From Pseudomonadota bacterium (GTDB lineage: Bacteria; Pseudomonadota; Alphaproteobacteria; Rhizobiales; Devosiaceae): a stretch of DNA of 64,000 nt. Below, in pieces: positions 10,726 through 21,212 of this stretch. The DNA lies in assembly GCA_023393475.1 (NCBI GenBank), contig JAEWLC010000072.1:31586-95585 (forward strand). Reading direction: 5' to 3'. Positions within the stretch are counted from its first letter, which is position 1; the number at the start of each line of letters is the position of its first letter. The notes beneath the pieces are model-generated. The model was not told the DNA's origin, did not search any database, and saw only the letters and a program-made list of their open reading frames with translations. Position numbers and translations under genes: made by a program.

Positions 10726-11523
10726 CTATTGCAGGCCAACGGGATCGACGATGCCGCGCTCGCAACCGCCATCGGTGGGTCGGGCGACGCGGATCAGGTC
10801 GGACATGCGGGTCTTGTCGTTTACGGCGCCGAAGAGGCCGATGGTGATTTCGGAGATGATGCGGCGATTGCCGTCGTCGTCGCAGGCGATGCGGACCCGC
10901 TGACCGGCGCCGGAGCCGAAGCTGTCGTCGAAGGCGGTGCGGATTTCGGCCTGGGTGAGTTCCTTGCCGATGTTCTGCGCGAAGAGGTCGCGGACCCTCG
11001 AGGCATTGAGCTGGGCGAGGAGGGCGGTGGCGGCGGCGTAGTAGGAGGCCTCGTCGGTGCCGTAGCAGGTGCCGTGCTTGATCCACTCGTGCCGCTCGAG
11101 CTGCGAGCGCGTGCCGGGCATGACCTGGTCGAGGGTGTTCTGCAGCTCGGTGGGGAGGTTCACCGGAGGCAGCTGCTGCCAGCGGCCGTCGCGGTCAGGT
11201 TGCTCGATGGTGCTCGGAACGTCGCAATACTCGTCGCGGGGCCAGAGGCCGTGGAGCGAGAAGTTGCTGGCATCGAAGCGCGACTTGCCCATGCTGGTGC
11301 ATTCGGGCTTGTTGCGGGCGCCCTCGCAGAAGGCGGGCTCCCAGCTCGCAGCAAGGATGAGGAATTGCCGCGAAGCCGTTGATATCGGGCCCGCCGGAAC
11401 CTCTGCCGCGGGCGGCCGAGGGGTGGGGGCAGGGTCTGTCTGTTCAGCCGGCTGGAGCCAGAGATAGACGGCGAATCCGACGAGCAGGGCAAACACGATG
11501 AGCAGGGAGAATCGGGCGTTCAT
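10726..11523 (-). CDS. Ribonuclease T2 family, N-terminally anchored/secreted
   Basis: Both CAS motifs present: 'FSLHGLWP' and 'HEWIKHGTC'. Hydrophobic N-terminus. Confidence 0.92.
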   Translation of the reverse strand: MNARFSLLIVFALLVGFAVYLWLQPAEQTDPAPTPRPPAAEVPAGPISTASRQFLILAASWEPAFCEGARNKPECTSMGKSRFDASNFSLHGLWPRDEYCDVPSTIEQPDRDGRWQQLPPVNLPTELQNTLDQVMPGTRSQLERHEWIKHGTCYGTDEASYYAAATALLAQLNASRVRDLFAQNIGKELTQAEIRTAFDDSFGSGAGQRVRIACDDDGNRRIISEITIGLFGAVNDKTRMSDLIRVARPTDGGCERGIVDPVGLQ

Positions 11524-11616
11524 GGCGCGATGGTATCGCGGCGCTGTCTATGGCACCCGCGAGAATGGTGCGCCAGCGGGAAAGGGAGGGGCGGCGCTGG
11601 CGCCGCCCCTTTGGCA

Positions 11617-13587
11617 TCAGAGCGTGATGCGGTACTGGCCGAAGCCATCCTCGTTGGTCTTGCCGGTCGCCTCGATCTTCACCGCCGTGACGTCGGCAAG
11701 GTGTTCGGCGGCCTTGGGGCCGGTTTCGAACAGCACCGTCGCGCCGATCGGAGCGAGCGACCAGTTGCTGTCGGCCGCCGGCTGGATGGTCTTCTGGTCG
11801 ATGATGTAGCGCACGATGATGTCGCGGTTGGTGTCGGGCCCTTTGAAGACGATCTTGTCGGGGCCGATGCCGGGGAAACCGCCGCCGCCACCGGCGCGAT
11901 AGTTGTTCGAGGCAACCACGAACTTCTGCGCCGGATCGATCGGCTTGCCATCACATTGCAGGTCGATGATGCGGCTCTCGGTGTTGCCGATATCCTCGCC
12001 CTTCGGGCCGTACTTGGCCGGCCTGGTCAGGTCGATCTTGTAGGTGACCCCGTCGATCACGTCGAAATTGTAGGACGGGAATTCGAGGTTGATCAGCGGG
12101 GCGTCGGTGGCGCCTGCCTCGACCTGGTTGAAGATGCCGGCCGAGCGATCGAGCCAGTTCTGCACGTCCTGACCGGTGATCACCACGGCCTGGATGGTGT
12201 TGGGATAGAGGTAGAGATCGGCGACGTTCTTGATCGCCACGGGGCCGACGGGCACGTCGGTGTAGTAGTCCGGGCCACCGCGACCGCCGGCCTTGAATGG
12301 AGCAGCGGCGCTGAGGATGGGCAGGCCATCCCAGTCCGTGCCCTTCTGCATCTGCTCAAGGTACCACTTCTGGGCGATGTTCACGATCTGCACCGAGGGA
12401 TCGTCGGCGACGAGCGCGAAGTAGGAGTGGAGCGGAGCGGCCGTCTCGCCGACCGCGCGGCGGATATAGGCGAGGGTCTCGTCATGGTCGTCCTGAGCGG
12501 CGGCCTCGACGGTGGCAACGCTTTCGACCAGCGGCTTGACCTTCCCGTCGACGCGCTCGGAAATCGGGCGGGCCTCGGAAGTGTGGGAGACGATGCCCCA
12601 CTTGCCCTCGGGCGACTTCTCGAGCAGCAGGTCGATGAGGCCCATATGCGAGCCCCAGAAGCCGGCCATGACGGCGGGTTTGCCGGAGATCGTGCCCTTT
12701 TCGAGGTCGGCGCCTTCGACGCCCTCGAAATCCTTGGAGTTCGGGAAGACGAGGTGCTGGTGACCGGTGAAGACCACGTCGACGCCATCGACCGCAGCCA
12801 GCTGTAGCGAGGCGTTCTCGCCGATGCCGATATCGGCGGCGATGCCGGAGTGGGAGAGGGCGATGACGAGATCGGCGCCTTCCTCGCGGATCTTCGGCAC
12901 GTAAGCCTTGGCCGTTTCGACGATGTCGCGGGTGTTCACCTTGCCTGCGAGGTGGGTCGAGTCCCAGGTCATGATCTGGGGCGGCAGGAAACCGATGATG
13001 CCGAGCTTGATGGTGCTCTTTTCGCCCGCACCGTCGACGATCTCTTTCTCGATGATCTTGTAGGGCGCGATGTAGGTGGTGTCGGCCAGCGGATCGGCGC
13101 CGAGCTCGCCCTTGACCAGATTGGCCGAGACGATGGGGAAGTTGGCGGCGGCGATGGCGGCATCGAGGAACTCGAGGCCGTAGTTGAACTCGTGGTTGCC
13201 CAGGGTGCCGGCTTCGTAGCCAAGCGTGTTCATCGCCGCGATGATCGGGTGCGGCTCGTTGGTGAGGCCCTTCTCATAGGCGATGTAGTCGCCCATCGGG
13301 TTGCCCTGGATGACGTCGCCATTGTCGACGAGGATCGAGTTGCCGGCTTCGTTGCGGATGGAATCGATGATGGCGGCGGTGCGGGCGAGGCCGAGCGTGT
13401 CGTTGGGAGCATCGGCGTAGTAGTCGTAGGGGAAGACCGCGACGTGGAGATCGGTCGTCTCCATGATGCGCAGGTGGGCCTGACCCGCGGCGGCCTGGAC
13501 GGCGAACGGGTGGAGAACCACCGCGGCGCCGAGTGTCGCCGAGCCGGCGAGGAAGGCGCGGCGGGAAATGCCGTTGTGGTAATTCAT
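11617..13587 (-). CDS. cpdB: Bifunctional 2',3'-cyclic-nucleotide 2'-phosphodiesterase/3'-nucleotidase, Tat-exported
   Basis: 'ETTDLH', 'LVDNGD', 'LGNHEFNYG', 'GHQH', '[11 protein letters not shown]', 'YNFDVIDGV', 'NNYRAGGGG'. Tat motif SRRAFL. Real start ATG 13587, not 14916. Confidence 0.92.
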   Translation of the reverse strand: MNYHNGISRRAFLAGSATLGAAVVLHPFAVQAAAGQAHLRIMETTDLHVAVFPYDYYADAPNDTLGLARTAAIIDSIRNEAGNSILVDNGDVIQGNPMGDYIAYEKGLTNEPHPIIAAMNTLGYEAGTLGNHEFNYGLEFLDAAIAAANFPIVSANLVKGELGADPLADTTYIAPYKIIEKEIVDGAGEKSTIKLGIIGFLPPQIMTWDSTHLAGKVNTRDIVETAKAYVPKIREEGADLVIALSHSGIAADIGIGENASLQLAAVDGVDVVFTGHQHLVFPNSKDFEGVEGADLEKGTISGKPAVMAGFWGSHMGLIDLLLEKSPEGKWGIVSHTSEARPISERVDGKVKPLVESVATVEAAAQDDHDETLAYIRRAVGETAAPLHSYFALVADDPSVQIVNIAQKWYLEQMQKGTDWDGLPILSAAAPFKAGGRGGPDYYTDVPVGPVAIKNVADLYLYPNTIQAVVITGQDVQNWLDRSAGIFNQVEAGATDAPLINLEFPSYNFDVIDGVTYKIDLTRPAKYGPKGEDIGNTESRIIDLQCDGKPIDPAQKFVVASNNYRAGGGGGFPGIGPDKIVFKGPDTNRDIIVRYIIDQKTIQPAADSNWSLAPIGATVLFETGPKAAEHLADVTAVKIEATGKTNEDGFGQYRITL

Positions 13588-13687
13588 GACTGGAAGTCTC
13601 CCTGAGCTGTTTTTCTGCCTAAGGGACGGCCGCAACTGCCGTCTGCCGCATGCGGTGTCCGATGCGGCCTCCTGATCTCCCGCCCGC

Positions 13688-13705
13688 GTGACGATGCAAT
13701 GACGG
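13688..13705 (-). promoter_or_regulatory. Putative Pho box upstream of cpdB
   Basis: Minus strand reads CCGTCAT-TGCA-TCGTCAC: two GTCAY units 11 bp apart, resembling the PhoB consensus CTGTCAT-N4-CTGTCAY. About 100 bp upstream of cpdB. Confidence 0.6.
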
Positions 13706-13830
13706 GTCGCGGCATCTGATGCCGTTTTGACCAAGTGGTCAACGCGCGAATACTGGTGCAGATGAGGAACCCGTTTGCCGTGCTGCGGCTTATGGTATGA
13801 AGGACTAAGCGTCAGTCGGAGAAGATCAAG

Positions 13831-14739
13831 ATGAAGTGGCAGGGGCGCGAGCGTAGCTCGAATGTCGAAGACCGGCGTGGCCAGGGTGGCGGCGGCTTTG
13901 GCGGATCCGGTGGTGGGTTCGGTATTCCCGGCGGCATGCGAATCCCGACCGGTCGCGCCGGTGGCGGCGGCCTTGGAATTGTCGGCATCATCATCGTCAT
14001 CGGCCTTATCTGGTTCGTGACGGGCCAGAACCCGATCGACATCCTGACTGGCGGCGGCGGAAGCGTGGCTCCGACCCAGCAATACGCGCCCCCGCCGTCG
14101 AATGCCGGCCAGGACGATCTCGCCGACTTTGTCGGGGTGGTGGTGAAGGATACCGAGGACCTGTGGACCGACGTGTTCAAGCAGAACAACCTCACCTACC
14201 GGCCGCCGAAGGTGGTGCTGTTCTCCGGCGCGACGCAGTCGGGTTGCGGCGTGGCGCAATCGGCGTCGGGGCCGTTCTACTGTCCGAACGACAAGTCGGT
14301 TTACATCGACCTCAGCTTCTATGAGCAGCTGCGCCGGCAGTTCGGCGCCCCGGGCGACTTTGCCCAGGCCTATGTGATTGCCCACGAGATCGGCCATGCC
14401 GTGCAGGACCAGACCGGCGTGCTGCCGGAGTTCAACCGGGCTCGCGCGACGATGAGCCAGGAGCAGCAGAACGCCTATTCGGTGCGGGTCGAGCTGCAGG
14501 CGGACTGCTATGCGGGCGTCTGGGCCAACTATGTCGACCAGCAGAATTACCTCGAAACGGGCGATGTGGACGAGGCGATCACCGCTGCCAACGCGATCGG
14601 CGACGATACGCTGACGCGCGGGCAGGTGAGCGAGCGCAACTTCACTCACGGCACTTCGCAGCAGCGCATGAGCTGGCTGAAGCGGGGGATGCAGACCGGG
14701 GACGTGTCGAAGTGCGACACGTTCAACGCGAGCATCTAG
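13831..14739 (+). CDS. Neutral zinc metallopeptidase (YpfJ family)
   Basis: '[16 protein letters not shown]', 'GPFYCP', 'YVIAHEIGH', 'ELQADC', 'FTHGTSQQR'. Confidence 0.92.
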   Translation: MKWQGRERSSNVEDRRGQGGGGFGGSGGGFGIPGGMRIPTGRAGGGGLGIVGIIIVIGLIWFVTGQNPIDILTGGGGSVAPTQQYAPPPSNAGQDDLADFVGVVVKDTEDLWTDVFKQNNLTYRPPKVVLFSGATQSGCGVAQSASGPFYCPNDKSVYIDLSFYEQLRRQFGAPGDFAQAYVIAHEIGHAVQDQTGVLPEFNRARATMSQEQQNAYSVRVELQADCYAGVWANYVDQQNYLETGDVDEAITAANAIGDDTLTRGQVSERNFTHGTSQQRMSWLKRGMQTGDVSKCDTFNASI

Positions 14740-14741
14740 CC

Positions 14742-15269
14742 ATGGTCGGGCGTGTCGACGGCCTGCAGGTAGAGCGGTTCTTCGACGACGGGACGTTTCC
14801 CAACAGCGCCTTGCCGTTGCTGTTCTACGATCAGGCGCTGCCGCGCAACGCGGCTTCGCCCGAGGAAATGGAAGCGCTGTTCGCAGCCAATGGCTGGCCG
14901 CCGGCCTGGCGGGCATCGGTGTTCACCTACCACCACTACCACTCGACCGCGCACGAGACCTTGGGTGTCGCGCGCGGTTCAGCACGGCTGATCCTCGGCG
15001 GGCCGGAGGGGCGCGAGTTCGATGCGGAGCCCGGGGATGTCATCGTCATCCCGGCCGGCGTGGCGCATTGCCGGATCGACTCCAGCGGCGACTTCCTCGT
15101 GGTAGGTTGCTATCCGCCGGGGCAGGACTGGGACCTGCTGCGCGGCGAGCCGGGTGATCGCCCCAAGGCGGACCAGAACATCGCGCGGGTGAGTCTGCCG
15201 AGGACCGATCCGGTGGGTGGAGAGTCGGGTCCGCTGCTCCATCACTGGCGCCGGCAAAACCCCGTATAA
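14742..15269 (+). CDS. Cupin domain protein (YjlB-like)
   Basis: '[13 protein letters not shown]', '[12 protein letters not shown]'. Confidence 0.85.
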   Translation: MVGRVDGLQVERFFDDGTFPNSALPLLFYDQALPRNAASPEEMEALFAANGWPPAWRASVFTYHHYHSTAHETLGVARGSARLILGGPEGREFDAEPGDVIVIPAGVAHCRIDSSGDFLVVGCYPPGQDWDLLRGEPGDRPKADQNIARVSLPRTDPVGGESGPLLHHWRRQNPV

Positions 15270-15472
15270 CGTCGCCGCGCGGGTTCGGTTCCCTGTTCAA
15301 TCCTTGTTCTCCGGGCCCAAGAAATCATCAGGAAATGGCCGCGTGGAAACCCCGATCAGGTCGGTTTGCGGGCACATTGTTCCCTAGTCTCTCACCTCGT
15401 GGACGGCACTGAAGCCGCCACCGACACCGGGCCACCGATGTCGACCCAACCTCACATGGAAGGATCAACTCC

Positions 15473-15721
15473 ATGAAGAAGCTTTTCATCACCGTCGCTG
15501 CCATTGGCCTTTCCACGGCGGCTTTCGCCCAGGGCGCAGTCAGCTTCGCCGCTGTCGATACCGACACGAGCGCCGGCGTCAGCCTTGCCGAGGCGCAGGT
15601 GGTGTGGCCTGACCTGACCCAGGAAGCATACGATGCGGCGGACACCAACAAGGACGGTCAGCTCGATCAGCCCGAGTTCGACGCCTATGCAGCGACCCTG
15701 CCGGCTCCCGCCGCGCAGTAA
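15473..15721 (+). CDS. Small secreted EF-hand-like protein
   Basis: Signal peptide plus two DxDxxG/DxNxDG loops ('DTDTSAGVSLAE', 'DTNKDGQLDQPEF'). Confidence 0.75.
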   Translation: MKKLFITVAAIGLSTAAFAQGAVSFAAVDTDTSAGVSLAEAQVVWPDLTQEAYDAADTNKDGQLDQPEFDAYAATLPAPAAQ

Positions 15722-15741
15722 TTCGGCCAGCCATGGCTAAA

Positions 15742-15770
15742 GGAGGGCCGTCCCGACGGGGCGGCCTTTC
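15742..15770. terminator. GC-rich hairpin between convergent genes; probable intrinsic terminator
   Basis: GGCCGTCCC-GAC-GGGGCGGCC followed by TTT. Confidence 0.55.
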
Positions 15771-15772
15771 GC

Positions 15773-16981
15773 TTATTCGGCGGCGGGCTTTGCGTGTTCG
15801 GGCTGCTGGGGGATGCCCTTCTGCGCGCGCACGAGGTTAAGGAAGCGCGTGAACAGGTAGTGGCTGTCATGCGGGCCAGGGCTGGCTTCCGGGTGATACT
15901 GCACCGAGAAGATCGGCTTGCCCTCGACTTCGAGGCCGGCATTGGAGCCGTCGAAGAGCGAGATATGGGTCTGCTTGACGCTGGCGGGCAGGCTCTCGGT
16001 ATCCACCGCGAAGCCGTGGTTCATCGAGGTGATCTCGACCTTGCCGGTCGTGAGGTCCTTCACCGGATGGTTCGCGCCGTGATGGCCCTGGTGCATCTTC
16101 TGCGTCTTGCCGCCGACGGCGAGACCGAGCAGCTGGTGGCCGAGGCAGATGCCGAACATCGGCTTGCCGGTATCCATCAGCGCCTTGATGGTGGGGACGG
16201 CGTACTTGCCGGTCGCGGCCGGATCGCCGGGGCCGTTGGAGAGGAAGATGGCGTCGGGGTTGTGCGCGAGCACATCCTTGGCGGTCGCCGTAGCCGGGAC
16301 CACAGTCACCTTGGCGCCCTGGTCGGCGAGCTGGCGCAGGATGTTGCGCTTGGCGCCGTAGTCGATGGCGACAACGTGAAACTCCGGGCTGTCCAGTTCG
16401 CCATAGCCACCCGTGCGGGTCCAAGAGGTCTGGTCCCAGTGGTAGGTCTGCGCGGTGGTGACTTCCTTGGCGAGGTCGAGGCCTTCGAGGCCGGGGAAGG
16501 CCTTGAGCTCGGCGAGCATCGAGGGCTCGTGGAAATAGCCATCCGGGGCGTGGGCGATGATGCCGTTGGGCATGCCCTTCTCGCGGATGCGGGCGGTGAG
16601 CGCGCGGGTATCGATGCCGGCGATGCCGATGATGTTGCGCTTCTTCAGCCAGGCATCGAGCTTTTCGGCAGCGCGGTAGTTCGACGGGTTGGTGATGTCG
16701 GCGCGCAGGACGCAGCCGCGGACGCCGGACAGCGCCGCCATGTTCACCGTCTCGATGTCTTCGTCGTTGGTGCCGACGTTACCGATATGGGGGAAGGTGA
16801 AGGTGATGATCTGGCCGGCGTAGGAGGGATCGGTGAGGATCTCCTGGTAGCCGGTCATCGCCGTGTTGAAGCAGACCTCGCCGGCCGCGTGGCCGACCGC
16901 GCCAATGCCGTGACCCTCGAGTCGCGTGCCATCATCGAGCAGCAGGAGGGCGGTCGCGGGCTTTTGCTGCCAGCCGGTCAT
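15773..16981 (-). CDS. carA: Carbamoyl-phosphate synthase small subunit
   Basis: 'GEVCFNTAMTGYQEILTDPSY', 'LSNGPGDP', 'GICLGHQ', 'QYHPEASPGP'. Start ATG 16981. Confidence 0.97.
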   Translation of the reverse strand: MTGWQQKPATALLLLDDGTRLEGHGIGAVGHAAGEVCFNTAMTGYQEILTDPSYAGQIITFTFPHIGNVGTNDEDIETVNMAALSGVRGCVLRADITNPSNYRAAEKLDAWLKKRNIIGIAGIDTRALTARIREKGMPNGIIAHAPDGYFHEPSMLAELKAFPGLEGLDLAKEVTTAQTYHWDQTSWTRTGGYGELDSPEFHVVAIDYGAKRNILRQLADQGAKVTVVPATATAKDVLAHNPDAIFLSNGPGDPAATGKYAVPTIKALMDTGKPMFGICLGHQLLGLAVGGKTQKMHQGHHGANHPVKDLTTGKVEITSMNHGFAVDTESLPASVKQTHISLFDGSNAGLEVEGKPIFSVQYHPEASPGPHDSHYLFTRFLNLVRAQKGIPQQPEHAKPAAE

Positions 16982-17165
16982 GGCGGGGCTCCAAAGGTTG
17001 CTAGTGGTCGCGCGGTCGAACCGGAAAAGTCTCGCAACTTTTCCTGACCACGCTTCGCTCGGTGTCGGTTGAGGCCTCTCCTTAGAAGGGGCCCGCGCCG
17101 AGCGCAAGTGGCGCACCGGCTTTATTGCGCTATATGGGGTGCGGCTTGCGCGGGAACAATGCGAC

Positions 17166-17534
17166 GTGACGACACCCATCACCACCGAGATTGGAACGAT
17201 CTTCGTGCCGGTCAGCGATATCGATGCGGCGCGCAACTGGTACTCGGAGCTGCTGGGGCTTCCGAAGGGCGAGGTGCTGTTCGGCCACCTCTACCTACTG
17301 CCCATGCAGGCGGGGAGCGGGCTGGCGCTCGACAGCAAGGGCTATGCGGGACCGCATGACCGGAAGCCGGCGTTTCATTTCAATACCAGGGATGTTTCAG
17401 CGGCGCGGGAGCACACGATCAGGCTCGGCGCCAGCGAAGTCAGCCCGGTGACCGATGGGGTGTTCTTCACCTTCAAGGACCCGGACGGAAATCTGATGAT
17501 GGTGGCCGACGTGCCGCCTGCACCAAGGAGTTAG
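17166..17534 (+). CDS. VOC/glyoxalase family protein
   Basis: 'VPVSDIDAARNWYSELLG', 'FTFKDPDGN'. Start (GTG) uncertain. Confidence 0.8.
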   Translation: MTTPITTEIGTIFVPVSDIDAARNWYSELLGLPKGEVLFGHLYLLPMQAGSGLALDSKGYAGPHDRKPAFHFNTRDVSAAREHTIRLGASEVSPVTDGVFFTFKDPDGNLMMVADVPPAPRS

Positions 17535-17537
17535 CGA

Positions 17538-17990
17538 ATGCGTGAAGCGATCAGCGAGGGCTACAAGACCGCGCTCAAGGCCGGCGACAAGCGGCGCACG
17601 GCGACGCTGAGGGCCGTCAACGCGGCGATCAAGGACAAGGACATCGATGCGCGCGGGCAGGGCAAGGGTCCGTTGAACGAGCAGGATGTGCTCGCGCTGC
17701 TGCAGAAGATGGTGAAGCAGCGCGAGGAATCGCTCGGCATCTACGAGAAGGCCGGGCGCGAGGACCTCGCGGTGGTCGAGCGCGAAGAGATCGCCATCCT
17801 CTCGGAGTTCCTGCCCATGGGGCTGAGCGAGGCCGAGATCGAGGCGGCGATCATCGACGCGATCAGGAAGACCGGGGCCGAGGGCGCCAAGGACATGGGC
17901 AAGGTTGTCGCCTCTTTGAAGGTCGAATTCCCCGGCCGCATCGACTTCGGCAAGGCCTCGGCCAAGATCAGGACCGCCTTGGGCGCGTGA
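17538..17990 (+). CDS. GatB/YqeY domain protein
   Basis: 'LLQKMVKQREES...GREDLA...KDMGKV'. Usual position near carA/dnaG. Confidence 0.9.
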   Translation: MREAISEGYKTALKAGDKRRTATLRAVNAAIKDKDIDARGQGKGPLNEQDVLALLQKMVKQREESLGIYEKAGREDLAVVEREEIAILSEFLPMGLSEAEIEAAIIDAIRKTGAEGAKDMGKVVASLKVEFPGRIDFGKASAKIRTALGA

Positions 17991-18045
17991 GGCTAATCCG
18001 CGGAATGCGCTTTGAGTGTCTGGTCGGGCCGGCCGGACGAGGCCG

Positions 18046-19188
18046 TCAGGCGACGAGGCGGGGTTCCGGTCCCAGCACGCGGTTGCGGCCGGCGTCTTTC
18101 GCCCGGTAGAGCAGCTCGTCGGCGCCGCGCAGCAGTTCATCGAAAGTCTGCGGCTGCGGCGAGGTGATCGCGATGCCGGCGCTTACCGTGGGCGGACCAT
18201 AGCCGTCGGGCAGGGAGTCGGTGGCCTCGAGCGCGCGGCGTATGCCATCGGCAATGGCGTGGGCTGTCACCGCGTCGGTCTTGTGCAGGAGCAGGCAGAA
18301 CTCTTCGCCACCGATGCGGGCCGCGCTGTCGTGCGGACCGAGCGCGGCGGAGAGGATGGTCGAGAAACGGATCAGGACCCCGTCGCCAACGGCGTGGCCG
18401 AAGCGATCGTTGATCGTCTTGAAGTCATCGAGATCGAGCATGATCACGCCGGTCGACGGCGCCAGCGCTATGGTACCCGCCAGCTCGAACAGGGCGCGTC
18501 GGTTGAGCAGGCCGGTCAGCGGGTCGGTCAGAGCCAGGCGGCGGTGCGCCTCGGTGGTGCGGAATTGATGCAGAGCCATCGTCACGGCGCCGGCAGCGGC
18601 AAGCGAGGCGAGGAGGGCAATCGAGTTGAGGTCCTCGGCCCAGTTCTGCGGCCGCGCTTCCAGCGTCCACTGCCCCGTGACGAACAGCGCCATGGCGCAT
18701 AGGGCGAAGGTAACCGAGGTGGTGCCGTAGAGTGCGGACTTGGCCAGCATGGCAGCGGGCTTGTTCGAACGGGCGATCCAGTGTTCCCGGCCGGCGGCCA
18801 TGAAGAACACCGAAGCGGAGACGTTCATGACGATGGTCGCGACGCCGGACAGGCCCACCGCGAAGAGGATCCCCATCACAGCCGTGGTAACGGCCCAGCC
18901 GCGCAGCGCGGCACGCCACGGCGTGTGGGCGGCGGAGAACTGGGCGCTGCCGACATAGATGAAGGCAAAGCCGCCGATCAGCAGCACGAACGAGCCGAAC
19001 TGCAGCAGCGGGTCGTAGCTCTCGAACCAGCCGTAGAGCATCGATCCCGGCGCCACGAGTCCGAGGCCGAGGCCCCAGCTGAGCAGGTAGCGATCGGTCC
19101 TGCTGCCCAGCCAGGTGATGACCAGCGTCAGCATCAGCGCCGTTGCCGAAAATCCTATGGCGATGAGCAAGGAGGTCTGGTCGAGCAC
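18046..19188 (-). CDS. Membrane-bound GGDEF diguanylate cyclase
   Basis: Multi-TM N-terminus, 'DPLTGLLNRR', 'DLDDFKTINDRFGHAVGD', 'RIGGEEF'. Confidence 0.92.
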   Translation of the reverse strand: MLDQTSLLIAIGFSATALMLTLVITWLGSRTDRYLLSWGLGLGLVAPGSMLYGWFESYDPLLQFGSFVLLIGGFAFIYVGSAQFSAAHTPWRAALRGWAVTTAVMGILFAVGLSGVATIVMNVSASVFFMAAGREHWIARSNKPAAMLAKSALYGTTSVTFALCAMALFVTGQWTLEARPQNWAEDLNSIALLASLAAAGAVTMALHQFRTTEAHRRLALTDPLTGLLNRRALFELAGTIALAPSTGVIMLDLDDFKTINDRFGHAVGDGVLIRFSTILSAALGPHDSAARIGGEEFCLLLHKTDAVTAHAIADGIRRALEATDSLPDGYGPPTVSAGIAITSPQPQTFDELLRGADELLYRAKDAGRNRVLGPEPRLVA

Positions 19189-19286
19189 GGCGCGTCATTT
19201 CGGCTGATGAGTCGAGGTCGCATCATACCGAAAGCATACCAGTTGCGGACAACTGGCGGCCGCAATGGTTAAGGAACCGGCGTCCG

Positions 19287-20462
19287 CTACCCCTGGACAG
19301 CCAGCGCGGATTGCTCTCGACGCTCGAGAAGCCAGGAAATCGTGGCGGTTCCGGCGGCCAGGAGGCTCGAGATCACCCCCACCGTCGGGATGTCGGCATA
19401 GCTGACGCCGGCACTGATCAGGGCGGCGCCGATGGCGGCGCCGGCGGCGATGCCGATGTTGAAGGCGGTGGAGATCAGGGCGGAGGCGAGGTTTGGCGCG
19501 GCCTGGGCGGCGGTGATGACGCGGGCCTGCAGCGGCGTGGAGAAGGCGAAGCCCAGGATGGACGTAATCAGCAGGTTCACCGTCATCCACACCTGGTCGT
19601 GCATGGCGAAGAGCATGGTGAAGAAGAAGAAGGCCTGCAGCAGCAGGACCGCGATCAGCGTCGGCATCGGCTTCCAGTCGGTGCCGCGACCGCCGAGATA
19701 GATGCCGAGGACAGAGCCAAGGCCGCCGATGAGCAGGTAGATCGGCACGATGCCCGGGGCGATGCCGGTCACCTGCTCCATGATCGGAACCTGATATGTG
19801 CCGAAGGCCAGGGTGCCGACCATGACGAAGGTGATGGTGAGATAGCTGAGCCAGACCTTCTGGTGGCGAAGCTCCAGCACCTGGGCCTTCAGGGTGGCGC
19901 TGCGTTCGCCGGGGCCTCGCGTCTGCGGGATGCGGAAGACCAGCACTACGGTAGCGATGGCTCCGAGGATCGCGACGGTCAGGAAGGTGGTGCGCCAGCC
20001 GAAGTTGAGCCCGATGGCGCTGCCACCGGGCAGGCCGAGCAGGTTGGCGATGGTGATGCCGGAAATGAACAGCGAGAAGGCGGCGCCGCGCCGTTCGGGC
20101 GGCACGAGGTTGGCCACGACCACGTTGCCGGCGCCGAAGAACGTGCCATGGGCGACGGAGGAGAGGAGCCGCGCCGCCAGCAGCATGCCGTAATCAGGCG
20201 CGATGGCGCAGAGGACCTGGGCGACGGTGAACAACGCCATGACGCCGATCAGGACGGTGCGCTGGGAATAGCGCGAAGTGAGGATCGTCAGCACCGGACC
20301 GCCGATGGCGACGCCGGCCGCGTAGGCGGTGACCAGCAGGCCGGCCACGGGGATGGTGACCGAAAGATCGTCGGCGAGAATCGGGAGGATGCCGGAGATG
20401 ACGAATTCGGCCGAGCCGATGGCAAAAGCGGCGAGTGCCAGGGCGTAGATGGCGAACGGCAT
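19287..20462 (-). CDS. MFS transporter (DHA1-like)
   Basis: 'MPFAIYALALAAFAIGSAEF' start, 12-TM pattern. Confidence 0.9.
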   Translation of the reverse strand: MPFAIYALALAAFAIGSAEFVISGILPILADDLSVTIPVAGLLVTAYAAGVAIGGPVLTILTSRYSQRTVLIGVMALFTVAQVLCAIAPDYGMLLAARLLSSVAHGTFFGAGNVVVANLVPPERRGAAFSLFISGITIANLLGLPGGSAIGLNFGWRTTFLTVAILGAIATVVLVFRIPQTRGPGERSATLKAQVLELRHQKVWLSYLTITFVMVGTLAFGTYQVPIMEQVTGIAPGIVPIYLLIGGLGSVLGIYLGGRGTDWKPMPTLIAVLLLQAFFFFTMLFAMHDQVWMTVNLLITSILGFAFSTPLQARVITAAQAAPNLASALISTAFNIGIAAGAAIGAALISAGVSYADIPTVGVISSLLAAGTATISWLLERREQSALAVQG

Positions 20463-20612
20463 GGGAATCCTCAAAGCAACGAGGGCCGGACAGACCACTT
20501 CCGCCCAAAAGACGCAAGCTTCGGTGCACAACCGTACAAGTCGAGCGTCGAAGCTTGGCCGCCGTCGAAAATCGGATAATCTCAAACAGGGCAATGCATT
20601 GGAGGCGGACCG

Positions 20613-21191
20613 ATGGCTATTTCCAGCGACACACGAAAGAGATGGGCCTGGATTACCGGCCTGCGAGGGCTGCTGATGCTGCTCGCCGGTATCTATGCTG
20701 TGATCTTCCCTGCGCAGGCGCTCGTGGTACTCGTGCTGTTCGGCGGAGCACTGCTGCTGGTGGACGGCGTGCTCGGATTGTGGAGCCTCACCTTCGGTGG
20801 CGCCAAGACCGGCAATTTCTGGTTCGACGTGGTGCGGAACGTCCTCGCCATCATCACTGGCGTGCTCATCCTGATTTCGCCGCTGATCGCCACGGTGCTG
20901 ACAGCGGCCTTCCTCATCTATCTCGTGGCCTTCCAGTCGATCTTCGTCGGCGTGATGGAGATCTGGGTGATCCTGCGCGAGCGCGAGCATTATGCGCGGA
21001 TCTGGCCGGTGCTGCTGTCCGGTGTCGCCTATGTGATCTTCGGTATCGCGCTGCTGTTCTTCCCGGTGACGGCGGCCTGGGTGTTCGTGGTGCTGGGCGG
21101 CGTGCTGGCGATCTTCTTCGCCATCGGGCTCTTCGCGCTGGCATGGCGCATGTACAAATCGGCGGGTGAGGGCGAAGCCAAGGCCGCTTGA
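20613..21191 (+). CDS. HdeD/DUF308 family membrane protein
   Basis: 'LRGLLMLLAGI...FP' repeats, 6 TM helices. Confidence 0.8.
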   Translation: MAISSDTRKRWAWITGLRGLLMLLAGIYAVIFPAQALVVLVLFGGALLLVDGVLGLWSLTFGGAKTGNFWFDVVRNVLAIITGVLILISPLIATVLTAAFLIYLVAFQSIFVGVMEIWVILREREHYARIWPVLLSGVAYVIFGIALLFFPVTAAWVFVVLGGVLAIFFAIGLFALAWRMYKSAGEGEAKAA

Positions 21192-21212
21192 GGCTGGCTT
21201 GAGGAGATTGAC

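Noticed and set aside
13766..13791. GGAAC-N17-GCTT upstream of the YpfJ-like peptidase as a second EcfG promoter
   Set aside because: The -10 deviates from CGTT; too weak to call without TSS data.
13588..14916. Apparent 440-aa N-terminal extension of CpdB (1099-aa ORF)
   Set aside because: It is antisense to the metallopeptidase gene. The Tat signal and RBS put the real start at 13587.
19239..19256. Perfect inverted repeat CCAGTTG-N4-CAACTGG upstream of the GGDEF gene
   Set aside because: Single occurrence. I cannot distinguish an operator from an mRNA-end hairpin of the upstream MFS gene.
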